From the NCBI GenBank assembly GCA_965215015.1, contig OZ244042.1, positions 640,001-704,000 of the forward strand: DNA of 64,000 nucleotides, written 5' to 3'. Below are positions 1 through 9,586 of the stretch, piece by piece (positions within the stretch are counted from its first letter, which is position 1; each line of letters begins with the position of its first letter). The stretch comes from Candidatus Poribacteria bacterium. Lineage in GTDB: Bacteria > Poribacteria > WGA-4E > PCPOR2b. The notes under the pieces are model-generated. The model had not been told where the DNA came from. It saw only the letters and a program-made list of their open reading frames with translations, and made no database searches. The translations under genes and the position numbers were made by a program.

Positions 1-134
1 ATTTGCCGTAAATTGCATAGTACCGACGTTGGGGCGCAATATAGTGATTCCAGACGTGAGCGTGCCCTTCTATCATTTTGTGCAACTCACGCTTGCTGTG
101 ATTGGCTATACATTTTGAACTAGTAGGTTTTCAT
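1..134 (-). pseudogene. tnpB: IS200/IS605-family TnpB N-terminus, degenerate; runs off the window edge
   Basis: Manual translation from ATG 134 gives MKTY*FKMYS, then after a frameshift NHSKRELHKMIEGHAHVWNHYIAPQRRYYAIYGK. This resembles the MKTYxFKLY...HxxIxxxxxIWNHxIALxRRYYxxYGK N-terminus of TnpB. It has an in-frame TAG and a frameshift. Confidence 0.75.
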
Positions 135-292
135 CGGAGTGGCTTTCTGTCTTTCATATCCATTTCTAACGGATGTGGGAAGCACCGAAACACCCGGCTA
201 GTTCACACCGTGTTGGGTAAATTGAGCCCTGACGGGTAAGGGGACTGGATGGGTATTTGGTAGCGTAGAACCTTCCCACGAAAGCCAAGACA

Positions 293-321
293 AGTCTACC
301 CTATTTTATCGACAATTTCAA
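293..321 (-). promoter_or_regulatory. sigma70-like promoter for the tnpB leader
   Basis: TTGAAA (321-316), 17-nt spacer, TAGACT (298-293) on the minus strand. Confidence 0.5.
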
Positions 322-349
322 CCTTTTTTGCTTAACCACGCGCTTTGGC

Positions 350-409
350 TGGCTACATCCCCTCCCTAAAGAGTTTGGGCTGCGGGGTCTTGCCAGCAAG
401 ATTGATAAA
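350..409 (-). mobile_element. Probable left end of an IS200/IS605 (IS1341-like, tnpB-only) element
   Basis: Minus strand reads TTTAT|CAATCTTGCTGGCAAGACCCC...TTTAGGGAGGGGATGTAGCCAGCC: an AT-rich target-like pentamer followed by an imperfect subterminal hairpin, about 270 bp upstream of the tnpB remnant. Confidence 0.55.
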
Positions 410-563
410 TTGCGATTGAATTTCCGCATTATCTATGCTATTATTGGTACATTCACCAATGGGTTTAGCTCAAGTAGATATTATATCAGTTTTTAGTAAA
501 GGATGCAAAGGGGCAGATAGATAACAGCTTGCTCCGGTGCAAAATTTCTTACGAGGTGATTCA

Positions 564-1463
564 ATGAAAGTTGCTTATGCGTTTCGTCGAGGGGTCTTGT
601 ACCCACATCAAGACGGAGGTATCGGATCGAAGGAACATCGTAGCGCGTTTTTGAAAAAAGCGAAAGAGATTGGCTTTGATGGGATTGAGCTGGGTGCCAG
701 TGTGTTGGACCAACCGGATGTCGCATCGCTCCGATCGGAGCTTGAAGATGCCGGTATACCGTGTGTTGCCATACGCGGCGGCGGCAGCTTTATAAATCCA
801 CTTACCGCTACGAGAGCAAACAAGCAGTGGGAGCAAATTATCGGTTTTGCTGCACAGATCGGTGCCGGGGTGGTCAATTCAACTGTTGGTGGCAGCCCAG
901 CTCCAGATCCGCGGGGAATCGGCACATATCGCGGGGAGCGGATATCCCAAGGGGCTAGCCGGACTGCAAGAGCAGAGGATTATGAACGCACCGCCCGTGG
1001 GCTCTCCGGAGCTGCGAAGGTCGCCGCGGATCATGGCTTGGAACTTTCGATCGAGATCCACCAGAACACGATAGTTGATAACAGTTGGTCTGCTTTACAC
1101 CTGCTGGAACTCATCGATCAACCCAACGTCGGTATCAATCCTGACCTCGGTAACATCTATTGGACTTATGACATCCCAGAGGAGTCGTGCGAAGATGCCA
1201 TCGCTGCCCTCGCGCCCCATTGCAATTATTGGCACTGCAAGAATCTGAATCGCGTCCATATCCCCGACCTTGAAAAGTCGATTCTATTACAAGCCCCGAT
1301 TCCCAATGGTGACATTGATTACCGGTTCGCAATCTCGGCGATGCTGGATGCAGGCTACAGCGGTTATCTCGCTATCGAAGGTATGCGTCTCGGCGATCAA
1401 TTCCACGGTGATGGAAAAAGCGTTGCTTACGTGAAATCGGTGGAGGCAGAGCTAGGTGAGTAA
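564..1463 (+). CDS. Sugar phosphate isomerase/epimerase (xylose isomerase-like TIM barrel)
   Basis: GFDGIEL, IEIH, NPDLGN, HCKN and GYSGYLAIE motifs. Start placed at ATG 564 after GAGGTG. Confidence 0.85.
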   Translation: MKVAYAFRRGVLYPHQDGGIGSKEHRSAFLKKAKEIGFDGIELGASVLDQPDVASLRSELEDAGIPCVAIRGGGSFINPLTATRANKQWEQIIGFAAQIGAGVVNSTVGGSPAPDPRGIGTYRGERISQGASRTARAEDYERTARGLSGAAKVAADHGLELSIEIHQNTIVDNSWSALHLLELIDQPNVGINPDLGNIYWTYDIPEESCEDAIAALAPHCNYWHCKNLNRVHIPDLEKSILLQAPIPNGDIDYRFAISAMLDAGYSGYLAIEGMRLGDQFHGDGKSVAYVKSVEAELGE

Positions 1464-1473
1464 GTTCAGTTAT

Positions 1474-1506
1474 GAGTAAATGGGTTGCAGGGTTGCCCAT
1501 TTACTC
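1474..1506. terminator. Intergenic hairpin (terminator or REP-like)
   Basis: GAGTAAATGGG / CCCATTTACTC perfect 11-bp stem just after the stop at 1463; no clear U-tract. Confidence 0.45.
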
Positions 1507-1554
1507 GTCTATCCTCTTGCCTGAAAAGCTACACATGCTCAGTAAAGGAGCTCT

Positions 1555-2085
1555 ATGGACAAAAAAGAGCTTGCAAAACGGATTAAAACCGCTTCGTATT
1601 TGACAGGACAATTCATGCTTCGGTCTGGAAAAACTAGTTCGTTCTATTGGGACAAGTACCGCTTTGAGAGTGATCCGGTGGTGTTGGAGGCAATTGTGGA
1701 TGAGTTGCAAAAACTTTTACCCCCTTCTTTCGACAAGATCGCCGGTTTAGAGTTGGGTGGCGTTCCACTTGCGGCCGGGCTGTCCTTCAAAACAGGGAAA
1801 TCGTGTCTATATGTTCGCAAAGAACCCAAAACCTATGGCACCTGCAATTTGGTGGAAGGTGGATTTCAAGCAGGTGAAACGGCCTTGGTGATAGAAGATG
1901 TGGTCACGACCGCTGGACAGATACGGACCTCGGTTTGTCAGATGCGGGAGCTTGGGCTACAGGTTGAGCATGCTTTTTGCGTCATCGATCGGGAGAGTGG
2001 TGGACGTGAGAATCTAGCGGAGATTGGATGTTCTCTCACGTCGGTTTTTACGTTGGGGGAACTGGAGCAATTAGCGCAGGCATAG
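1555..2085 (+). CDS. pyrE: Orotate phosphoribosyltransferase
   Basis: GQFMLRSGKTSSFYWDK, RKEPKTYGT and PRPP-binding VIEDVVTTAG motifs. Confidence 0.9.
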   Translation: MDKKELAKRIKTASYLTGQFMLRSGKTSSFYWDKYRFESDPVVLEAIVDELQKLLPPSFDKIAGLELGGVPLAAGLSFKTGKSCLYVRKEPKTYGTCNLVEGGFQAGETALVIEDVVTTAGQIRTSVCQMRELGLQVEHAFCVIDRESGGRENLAEIGCSLTSVFTLGELEQLAQA

Positions 2086-2157
2086 TTGTATTGGTAAGAG
2101 CATTCCAGCACTAGAACTGGTCATTAAGGATTTACGAGATTTGATTGAGAGGTAATA

Positions 2158-2961
2158 TTGAAAATTCTATTTATTGGAGACATCTTTGGGGGCCCCGGAC
2201 GGAAAGCTCTTGCGAATCTCCTACCGCATCTGACTGAAAAAGCCGGTGGATTTGATGCAGTCATCGTCAACGGAGAAAACGCCGCCGGTGGCAAAGGGTT
2301 GACCCAATCGGTGCTCGACGAAATCCTAGAGTTAGAGGTTGATGTCATAACGACTGGAAACCATATCTGGGATAATCGTGACATCTTTAGGTTCATTGAT
2401 ACAGAGCCAAATCTTGTTCGCCCAGCAAATTTTCCGAAAGGTACGCCAGGACGCGGCTGGCTTGTCGCCACCGCAGCTTCGGGAACGCGGATCGGTGTGA
2501 TGAACATCGCAGGCCAACTTTATATGGACAGCTACGAGAATCCGTTTCACACCTTCGATGCCATCCTTCCACAGATCCAGGCGCGGACTCGCTTCATCCT
2601 CCTCGATTTCCACGCAGAAGCGACAGCGGAGAAGATTGCAATGGGTTGGTACGCGGACGGAAAAGTGAGTGCTATCGTGGGCACCCATACCCACGTTCAG
2701 ACAGCCGACGAACAGATCCTCCCGCAAGGTACCGCTTACATCACGGATGTCGGTATGACAGGACCCCACGACTCGGTGATTGGCATGAAAAAGGAGGAGG
2801 TAATCGAGCGCTTTCGGACAATGCTGCCCCGTCGCTATCAGGTTGCGAGCAGCAATATCATCCTCTGTGGGGTTATTCTGGAGTTAGATGATGAGACCGG
2901 CAAGGCACTCGCCATTCAGCGTATTCGCCTGCCTATGAGCGACGTGATCAAAGCGCAGTAG
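2158..2961 (+). CDS. ymdB: TIGR00282/YmdB-family metallophosphoesterase
   Basis: GDIFG, NGENAAGG, TGNHIWD, DFHAEAT, GTHTHVQTAD and TDVGMTG motifs. Confidence 0.9.
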   Translation: MKILFIGDIFGGPGRKALANLLPHLTEKAGGFDAVIVNGENAAGGKGLTQSVLDEILELEVDVITTGNHIWDNRDIFRFIDTEPNLVRPANFPKGTPGRGWLVATAASGTRIGVMNIAGQLYMDSYENPFHTFDAILPQIQARTRFILLDFHAEATAEKIAMGWYADGKVSAIVGTHTHVQTADEQILPQGTAYITDVGMTGPHDSVIGMKKEEVIERFRTMLPRRYQVASSNIILCGVILELDDETGKALAIQRIRLPMSDVIKAQ

Positions 2962-2996
2962 TTCAGTCATTATATTTTTAGGTTATATATTTTCTC

Positions 2997-4214
2997 ATGA
3001 TGTTTCCAACAGGTAAGGTTTACAAAGTCCACGAAATCACACAAATCTTGCAAGGCATTTTGCAATCGGAGCCAATACTTCAAGATTTATGGCTTGAGGG
3101 TGAGATCTCGAACTTAGCGCGTCCCTCTTCCGGGCACGTCTACTTTACGCTCAAGGACAACAATAGTCAGATTCAGTGTGCTATTTTTCGTCTTGCCGCC
3201 TCCCGTCTACGATTTCCGTTGCAAAACGGGGATGCTGTGTTTGTCAATGGGCGGCTTACCATCTACGATGCACGAAGTCAGTATCAGATTATTGGCCAGC
3301 GTGTCGTGCCTGCCGGCGTGGGAGAGTTACAATTGGCTTTCGAGCGGCTCAAGGAACAGCTTGCTGCAGAAGGGTTGTTTGATCCAATCCATAAAAAGCC
3401 GCTACCGAAATTTCCACAGAAGATTGGTCTTATCACCTCCGCAACAGGGGCAGCTATCCGTGATATCCTCCGAATGTTGCAAACACGTTATCCCGCAGTG
3501 GAAGTGCTTCTATTTCCGACCCTCGTGCAAGGAGAAGGGGCCGCGGCAGAGATTGCCCACGCCATTAAGTGCATGAACGGTCTGCCGGGGCTAGATCTCC
3601 TAATTGTTGGCAGAGGGGGCGGGTCGATCGAAGATTTGTGGGCGTTCAACGAAGAGGTTGTTGCCCGCGCGCTTTTTGCGTCGCATATTCCCACTGTATC
3701 CGCTGTGGGTCACGAGACCGATGTTACCATTGCAGACCTCGTTGCGGACCATCGCGCTCCGACGCCTTCTGCAGCGGTTGAAAACATCGTCCCAGATCAG
3801 GAGGAACTTCATCAGCAACTTGCTGCCATCAGGTATAATTTAGTACGTAACATCGCTGGACAGGTTGATGTCCTACGGACAAGGCTAGAAAATATACAGA
3901 GCCGTATCCCAGCAATCCATCGGATTGATGCAATTAACCGCCTTCGACAGGTGATTGATCAGCTTGATATCAGAGGACAGCGAGCGACCACACAACAGTT
4001 AAATGGCAAACGGCGATCTTGGCAAGTTACTGCCGCTCAGTTGGATACGCTAAGCCCTTTGGCAACACTGGCCCGTGGATACAGTATCTGCAAAGATTCA
4101 AGTGAGAAAACGGTTACAGATGCCGCGCAGGTCAGTGTTGGCGAAGAGGTTAAGCTCCGACTTTCGCGGGGGCAGTTAACATGTCGTGTGTTGAAAGGAG
4201 AGATAGATGTCTGA
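2997..4214 (+). CDS. xseA: Exodeoxyribonuclease VII large subunit
   Basis: GEISN..SGHVYFTLKD, RGGGSIEDLWAFN, GHETD..IAD and TPSAA motifs. Confidence 0.95.
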   Translation: MMFPTGKVYKVHEITQILQGILQSEPILQDLWLEGEISNLARPSSGHVYFTLKDNNSQIQCAIFRLAASRLRFPLQNGDAVFVNGRLTIYDARSQYQIIGQRVVPAGVGELQLAFERLKEQLAAEGLFDPIHKKPLPKFPQKIGLITSATGAAIRDILRMLQTRYPAVEVLLFPTLVQGEGAAAEIAHAIKCMNGLPGLDLLIVGRGGGSIEDLWAFNEEVVARALFASHIPTVSAVGHETDVTIADLVADHRAPTPSAAVENIVPDQEELHQQLAAIRYNLVRNIAGQVDVLRTRLENIQSRIPAIHRIDAINRLRQVIDQLDIRGQRATTQQLNGKRRSWQVTAAQLDTLSPLATLARGYSICKDSSEKTVTDAAQVSVGEEVKLRLSRGQLTCRVLKGEIDV

Positions 4215-4452
4215 AAAGATGAGCTTTGAGGAAGCCTTAATCAAACTTGAAAAAGCGGTTGCCCAGCTTGAGCGGGGAGATGTTTTGACTCTGGATGAAT
4301 CATTGCAAGTATTTGAGGAAGGCGTCCACTTGACGCGGCTCTGCCGAGAGAAACTTGATGCGGCAGAATTGCGTGTGCAACAACTAGTTGAAGTTGATGA
4401 AGATGTATTTGAAATGGCACCGTTTGAAGTGGAAGATGACAAAGAAATCTAA
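4207..4452 (+). CDS. xseB: Exodeoxyribonuclease VII small subunit
   Basis: SFEEAL..LE..V..LE and LDESL..FEEG motifs; overlaps the xseA stop. Confidence 0.95.
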   Translation: MSEKMSFEEALIKLEKAVAQLERGDVLTLDESLQVFEEGVHLTRLCREKLDAAELRVQQLVEVDEDVFEMAPFEVEDDKEI

Positions 4453-4515
4453 TCATTCGTCGTAGGGGATAAAGCACTTTGTCCTTATTTACTGATTGTT
4501 ACAAGGAGCTTTGGA

Positions 4516-6381
4516 ATGTTTTTAGAAAAAATCGATTCACCTACGGATCTTAAATCACTAAATACCAATGAACTGAAAGAACTCGCTGAAGAGATGCGTG
4601 GGTATCTTCTTTCGGTGCTATCAGAACATCCCGGACACTTTGCACCTAACTTAGGGACGGTTGAGCTAGCTATCGCCCTCCATTATGTGTTCGATACCCC
4701 GCGTGATCAAGTGATCTGGGACATCGGACATCAGGCTTACCCACACAAACTCCTCACAGGGCGCCGCGATGCGTTTCCGACACTTCGCCAGTATGGTGGT
4801 ATCAGTGGGTTTCTCAGTCGGGCCGAAAGTAAGTACGATGTGTTTGGTGCCGGACATTCAAGCACATCGCTTGCAGCGGCGTTGGGGATTGCCACCGCTC
4901 GTGACCTCAACAACGAAGATTATAAGGTAGTCGCTGTCATTGGGGATGGCGGATTGACAGGAGGGATGGCGTTCGAGGGATTGAATACAGCAGGCGATTT
5001 TAAAAAAGATATGCTCGTCATCCTAAATGACAATCAGATGTCCATCTCCCAGACAGTGGGTGCGTTCTCAAAATATCTGCACCGCCTCTTAACCAATCCG
5101 ACCTACAATGCCCTCCGCTCCAGCGCGAAAGAGATTGTGAAGCGAATTGCCCCGGAGGTGAAGCCTGTTGCTAAACGGATTGAAGCTGCTCTCAAGCCCG
5201 GTACACTGTTTGAGGAATTTGGGTTTCGTTATTTCGGTCCCCTTGATGGCAACGACTTGGAGGCATTGTTGCCCGTGCTTGAGGGCGTGCGATCTCTACA
5301 ACAACCGATTTTGCTTCACGTTGTCACCCAGAAAGGGAGAGGATATCCTCCTGCCGAAACGGATTCAGAGACCTTTTACAGCATCAGTGGCAAGTTTGAC
5401 CTCGCAACCGGTAAATCGCTTGTCCCCAACTCCCCCATCCCGACGTATACCAATATTTTTAGCAGCACATTAATCGAACTTGCCAAACAAGACTCCCGAA
5501 TTGTTGCTATAACCGCCGCCATGCCAAACGGCACGGGGTTAGATAAATTCCAAGAGGTATTTCCTAATCGTTTCTTCGACGTTGGCTTGGCAGAGCAGTG
5601 TGCTGTCACCTTTGCGGCAGGGTTGGCGACCCAAGGCGTTAAGCCGGTTGCGGCAATTTATTCTACCTTCCTGCAACGCGGTTACGATCAATTGGTTCAC
5701 GATATATGCATCCAGAATCTGCCTGTTATCTTCGTGCTAGATCGCGCTGGACTTGTCGGGGCAGATGGACCGACGCATCATGGCGTCTTCGATTTTGCGT
5801 ATCTGCGTTCTCTGCCAAACATGGTGGTGATGGCCCCAAAAGATGAAGACGAACTCCAGCACATGGTGAAAACCGCGGTTGAGTATGAAAAGGGACCCAT
5901 TGCTGTCCGCTATCCCCGTGGGTCCGGTTTAGGCGTTCCAATGGCGAACCAATTCCAATCCTTACCCATTGGGAAAGGTGAAGTCTTACGTAATGGTAAT
6001 GACCTGTTGATTCTGGCGATTGGAAATCGCGTCCAACCGGCACTCGATGCAGCGGAGACATTGGCAGATTCAGGAGTATCAGCAACGGTGGTCAATGCAC
6101 GATTTGTCAAGCCGCTTGATGACCGGCTCATCCTTCCGCTTGCCTCGCGGCTGCGGAAAGTAATTACGGTTGAGGATGGCGTGTTGATGGGCGGATTTGG
6201 CAGCGCGGTTTTGGAAATGTTCACAGAGAGTGGATTAACAGATGTGCGGGTCAAACGCCTCGGTATTTCCGATCAGTTCGTCGAACATGGAGATGTCAAA
6301 ACCTTGTATGAACAGTGTGAATTAGATGAAGAAGCGATCGTCCAAGAGGGATTGAAATTTGTAAATGAGCAGATCCGCTAA
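4516..6381 (+). CDS. dxs: 1-deoxy-D-xylulose-5-phosphate synthase
   Basis: WDIGHQAYPHK, GHSSTS, GDGGLTGGMAFEG and DRAGLVGADGPTHHG motifs. Confidence 0.97.
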   Translation: MFLEKIDSPTDLKSLNTNELKELAEEMRGYLLSVLSEHPGHFAPNLGTVELAIALHYVFDTPRDQVIWDIGHQAYPHKLLTGRRDAFPTLRQYGGISGFLSRAESKYDVFGAGHSSTSLAAALGIATARDLNNEDYKVVAVIGDGGLTGGMAFEGLNTAGDFKKDMLVILNDNQMSISQTVGAFSKYLHRLLTNPTYNALRSSAKEIVKRIAPEVKPVAKRIEAALKPGTLFEEFGFRYFGPLDGNDLEALLPVLEGVRSLQQPILLHVVTQKGRGYPPAETDSETFYSISGKFDLATGKSLVPNSPIPTYTNIFSSTLIELAKQDSRIVAITAAMPNGTGLDKFQEVFPNRFFDVGLAEQCAVTFAAGLATQGVKPVAAIYSTFLQRGYDQLVHDICIQNLPVIFVLDRAGLVGADGPTHHGVFDFAYLRSLPNMVVMAPKDEDELQHMVKTAVEYEKGPIAVRYPRGSGLGVPMANQFQSLPIGKGEVLRNGNDLLILAIGNRVQPALDAAETLADSGVSATVVNARFVKPLDDRLILPLASRLRKVITVEDGVLMGGFGSAVLEMFTESGLTDVRVKRLGISDQFVEHGDVKTLYEQCELDEEAIVQEGLKFVNEQIR

Positions 6382-6422
6382 TAGCCGAGGAGTACTTAGG
6401 CAATGCAGAACTTAAGACAAAT

Positions 6423-7307
6423 GTGGATGGCAGAATGGAAGACTGGAAGGATAGTGGCACCACCTCTAACATCTCACGTGTCACTCATCGCGCATCACAT
6501 AGTCAGAGCAAGCAGCGACTCGATACACTCGTCGTCCAACGTGGACTCGCCGAAAGCCGTGAACGAGCAAAGCGGTTAATTCTCGCTGGCGAAGTAGTTG
6601 TTTCGGGTAACACTCAGGTTAAGCCGGGGCAACTTATCTCATCGGCTGCAGAAATTGTGGTGAAACAGCCGCTACGGTACGTCAGTCGGGGCGGGTTGAA
6701 GCTAGAGAAGGCGTTGCAGGTTTTCCCAGTTGATGTGCGTGGCAGGGGCGCAATCGATGTCGGGGCATCAACCGGTGGGTTCACGGATTGCCTACTACAA
6801 CACGGCGCAAAGTTTGTATACGCGGTGGATGTCGGTCGAGGGCAACTGGCGTGGAAAATCCGTCAAGATCCACGTGTGTGTGTCATTGAGGGAACTAATA
6901 TCCGCACGATTGATGTAAACCGCTTTGCGCCGCCGGCCGAAATCGGTGTGGTTGATGTCTCGTTTATCTCTCTCCAAAAAATCCTACCGATTATCACCCA
7001 AATTGTTGATTCTATGGGAGATGTGCTTGCCTTGGTTAAACCACAATTTGAGGCGGGCCGCGAACACGTCGGCAAGGGCGGCGTCGTGCGGGAGGCGGGG
7101 GTTCACGTTCAGGTCCTCCGCGATCTTATCCAGTTCACCCATGGGCGGGGTTTATTTATTATGGGGATCTCCTATTCTCCGATTCGTGGACCTGCGGGAA
7201 ACATTGAGTACCTAATCTGGTTTAAGGTGGGGACGAAGGCCTCTTCAACCGATTGGGAGGAGCGTGCGGCGCAGGTAGTTCAAGAGGCTAGCACTAGTTT
7301 ACAATAA
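6423..7307 (+). CDS. tlyA: TlyA-family rRNA 2'-O-methyltransferase (start uncertain)
   Basis: S4 domain (KQRLD..LV.RGLAESR), YVSRGGLKL, DVGASTGGFTD, VKPQFE and GPAGNIEY motifs. Confidence 0.92.
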   Translation: MDGRMEDWKDSGTTSNISRVTHRASHSQSKQRLDTLVVQRGLAESRERAKRLILAGEVVVSGNTQVKPGQLISSAAEIVVKQPLRYVSRGGLKLEKALQVFPVDVRGRGAIDVGASTGGFTDCLLQHGAKFVYAVDVGRGQLAWKIRQDPRVCVIEGTNIRTIDVNRFAPPAEIGVVDVSFISLQKILPIITQIVDSMGDVLALVKPQFEAGREHVGKGGVVREAGVHVQVLRDLIQFTHGRGLFIMGISYSPIRGPAGNIEYLIWFKVGTKASSTDWEERAAQVVQEASTSLQ

Positions 7308-7325
7308 TTTTAATGGGAGTGCATT

Positions 7326-8369
7326 ATGGCGATTGGTATCGGTATCATCGGTGCGGGTGGGATTTCGCGTGCACATGCGCGTGGATACCTCCAGATTCCT
7401 GATGAAGCACGGATTGTGGGGGTCGCAGATATTCTTGAGGACCGGGCGCAAGCCGCAGCACAGGAATGGGGCGCGGAATACGCATTTGCGGATTATCGGG
7501 AGCTGCTTGGACTCATGGAGGTAAATGCCGTCAGTGTTTGCACGTATACCAAAGCGCATTGCAAACCAACGGTCGCCGCACTTCAGGCAGGGAAGCATGT
7601 CCTCGTGGAAAAACCGATGGCCGCCACAACTGCTGAAGCGTATCAAATGGTGGAAGCCCAAAAAGGTAGTGGAAAAATCCTGATGGTGGGGATGAAATGG
7701 CGATTCATGCCAGAAATCCGAGCGGCGAGAGCATTTATTGAGGCGGGAAATCTGGGACAGATTTATTACGCCGAAGCCATCGGCTGGCAGCATCGCGGCA
7801 TCCCCGGCGGGACATTTATTAAAAAAGAGACAGCTGGAGGCGGAGGACTCATGGACAATGGCGTCTACACGCTCGATGCCGTTCTCTACATGATGGGACA
7901 TCCCAAACCGCTTACGGTTTCTGGCACTGATGCTAACATTTTTGGGCATTCCCCGGACGGGACTTGGAATATTGACGACTTTTCAGTGGAGGATTTTGGA
8001 ACGGCCTACGTCCGATTGGAGGGAGGAATTACCTTGTTCTTCGCACATAGCTGGGCAATTAACTTCCCGGAACAGTGGCAAATTCGTATAACCGGCAGTC
8101 GGGGAGCTGTTGAAATCTCTCCTTTCGACTCAAAATCTAAACTGCGTCTATCGCACGGAGGCTACAGCGATTTGCAGGATGTCACACCTAATCAGCTGCC
8201 AGAAGGCAGTATAGACGTTGCCCATGAAATCAAGCAGTTTGTACGAGCTATCCGGGAAGCACAACCCTCTCCCATTCCTGGGGACACTTTTCTTTACACC
8301 AACGTGATTTTCGATGGGCTCTATCAATCTTCGCAACAAGGACATGAAGTTCCGGTCAACCTGCCCTAG
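7326..8369 (+). CDS. Gfo/Idh/MocA-family oxidoreductase
   Basis: GIIGAGGIS, GKHVLVEKPMA and GGGGLMDNGVY motifs. Confidence 0.9.
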   Translation: MAIGIGIIGAGGISRAHARGYLQIPDEARIVGVADILEDRAQAAAQEWGAEYAFADYRELLGLMEVNAVSVCTYTKAHCKPTVAALQAGKHVLVEKPMAATTAEAYQMVEAQKGSGKILMVGMKWRFMPEIRAARAFIEAGNLGQIYYAEAIGWQHRGIPGGTFIKKETAGGGGLMDNGVYTLDAVLYMMGHPKPLTVSGTDANIFGHSPDGTWNIDDFSVEDFGTAYVRLEGGITLFFAHSWAINFPEQWQIRITGSRGAVEISPFDSKSKLRLSHGGYSDLQDVTPNQLPEGSIDVAHEIKQFVRAIREAQPSPIPGDTFLYTNVIFDGLYQSSQQGHEVPVNLP

Positions 8370-8427
8370 TACATTCCTATTTTTGCAGCTGTCTGTCCAT
8401 CTGTGTATTTCTATTATATAAAAAAAT

Positions 8428-8466
8428 AAAAAAGCACCGGGCAAATAATATTACCCGGTGCTTTTT
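8428..8466. terminator. Bidirectional rho-independent terminator
   Basis: AAAAAGCACCGGG / CCCGGTGCTTTTT inverted repeat between convergent genes, with A and T tracts on the two sides. Confidence 0.85.
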
Positions 8467-8492
8467 GTAAAATTATCAAGGGAAGACGGGGT

Positions 8493-8798
8493 TTACCATC
8501 TATCGCGGTCATCACCACCGTTCCCCCTGCCGCCGCCACGTCTCTCGCCACGTGGGGGTCGAGGACGAGCCTCGTTTACTTTCACAGGGCGTCCAACAAT
8601 CTCTTGCCCATCCAATCCGGCGATCGCCGCTTCTGCTTCAACCTGATCGGGCATTTCGACAAATCCAAATCCTCTCGATCTTCCACTGTAGTGGTCTCGA
8701 ATGACGTTGGCAGTGTCGACCGTTCCGTAGCTTTCAAAAGCCTCTCGCAGGTCATCATCCGTGGCGTCAAATGACAGATTACCGACATAAATATTCAT
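8493..8798 (-). CDS. RRM (RNP-1) RNA-binding protein with Gly/Arg-rich tail
   Basis: RNP2 IYVGNL, RNP1 RGFGFVEM and VNEARPR motifs. Confidence 0.95.
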   Translation of the reverse strand: MNIYVGNLSFDATDDDLREAFESYGTVDTANVIRDHYSGRSRGFGFVEMPDQVEAEAAIAGLDGQEIVGRPVKVNEARPRPPRGERRGGGRGNGGDDRDRW

Positions 8799-9586
8799 CT
8801 AAATTTCCTCTCTCAAAAGATGTTGTTCAAAATTTGCAAACATTTCTGGACTTTGCACACGGAGGTTGGCTTCCCCCTCACCGACTGTACATTCGAGTGG
8901 TTCGCAGTTCATCGATGAATCGACACCGTGCTATCTTATAGTGTACTTTTGAATAGTATAACTATGTTCCGCCTGTGCCTCTCTTATCTCTGCATCGAGG
9001 GGCTTGAGAAGCCGGGCATCTGTCAGATAACATCGTCGTCTCTGAGTTATTATTGACGCCCTTTCATTTACAAAGTGACGTGACACCCTAAACGCTGTGA
9101 GATGATACGTTCTGGTCTCACAGAGAAATACCATCGTGAGCAATTTTCGTTGGAGAAAAACGAGAACAGTAATTCAAGCGTTCTCATGCCCTCCAATCCG
9201 CTTTAACTCTCGCACTTAGAAATTCACAAAGCAACGAAAAAATCGGCAGATGTTACTCCAAGGGACACCAAGCGGTACCGGTTGAGGAAATTCGTGCCAA
9301 TTTCGACCTTGCCCCAACCTTTTGTTTATTTGCGTAGCTGCATATTTCTAGCCGCACTAAACCCGCCTGACACTATTTCTTGTTAATATTATAAGCCAAA
9401 ATAGCGCAAACATCCACAAGAAACTTTTGTTGGACGAAATTTTCAGAGGTGCACATCCGTTGTGCTTTGCCCACAGAGTGAGTATTGTCCAATATTTTCA
9501 ATATTGCAAAGTTCGTTGCGATGTGGAATAATCATTAGGACGTAAGATTTTGCAGACGGCGATTATTGTAAGAGAGGGAGAGGCAG

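Noticed and set aside
1-410. IscB with HEARO/omegaRNA
   Set aside because: The downstream ORF lacks the PLMP N-terminus and matches TnpB instead.
4452-4516. Missing ispA between xseB and dxs
   Set aside because: Gene order in this cluster varies often, and no remnant or insertion scar is visible.
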